From contig NW_026781997.1 in NCBI RefSeq assembly GCF_031769215.1, positions 62,001 to 126,000 of the forward strand: a stretch of 64,000 nucleotides of DNA, written 5' to 3'. Below are positions 63,640 to 64,000 of the stretch, one piece after another; position 1 is the first letter of the stretch, and each line of letters opens with the position of its first letter. The notes beneath the pieces are model-generated. The model saw only the letters and a list, made by a program, of their open reading frames with translations, ran no database searches and was not told where the DNA came from. This DNA comes from Ylistrum balloti (taxonomy: Eukaryota). A program made the translations under genes and the position numbers.

Positions 63640-63898
63640 GATCTCCAGGCAAACTTTTCTTTAAAAATACACAATTTTCAGTTATATCTTTGCCACTCAC
63701 TCTACCTCCCCATGACGTTGAACTGAAGGAAATCACACCTTGTGGAGTTATTCCAAGCAAAAATTTCACCGTGTTGTGGTGTTTGTAGGAAGACCAGGTT
63801 CCTGCTCGTGCATTTAAACTTGGGGGACTCTCAATGAAGACTTTGAAACAGTCAATTATCACAGCACGCTTGGTCCCAAAATGTTTCCAAAATTGCAT
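63640..63898 (-). pseudogene. ISL2EU-type (DDE_Tnp_4, PIF/Harbinger-related) transposase fragment
   Basis: '[45 protein letters not shown]...WGGRVS...LPGD', broken just before the expected ADRGF motif. Confidence 0.85.
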
Positions 63899-64000
63899 AG
63901 AAGCATCGTTTTTTTTTCAGTATTTCTCTCTCTGGCCACATTACAAGGGGTTTCATCCTAACATACATGATATTTATCCCGGCTGAAAACAGTCTTGAAA

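Noticed and set aside
1-64000. tRNA or rRNA genes
   Set aside because: None recognised; the only tRNA-related sequences are the two primer-binding sites.

Overview
AT-rich eukaryotic (animal) genomic DNA with spliceosomal introns. The repeat types suggest a bivalve mollusc such as an oyster, but that is inference. I see no ordinary host gene: the window is a nested transposon graveyard. From left to right: (1) a degenerate Ty3/Gypsy LTR element running off the left edge; (2) YR1, a multi-exon tyrosine-recombinase gene (~7.1-16.2 kb) with a probable Sola-like transposase remnant inside it; (3) a complete 15.3-kb CACTA/EnSpm transposon (18100-33384, CACTG TIRs, TA duplication) with an intact C2H2-finger transposase, a SAMD3-like second gene and an F-box/LRR cargo gene; (4) an internally deleted Gypsy element; (5) two more divergent spliced tyrosine-recombinase genes, YR2 and YR3; (6) mariner, MULE, Harbinger (nuclease plus Myb-like partner) and ISL2EU-type remnants, plus many Helentron-type/MITE repeats. 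The two most interesting signals are the same-strand cluster of three intron-rich recombinase units, each with its own putative first exon and flanking orphan ORF remnants, and the F-box-carrying CACTA element. Exon models and family names were derived by eye from motifs and splice signals; no database search was run.
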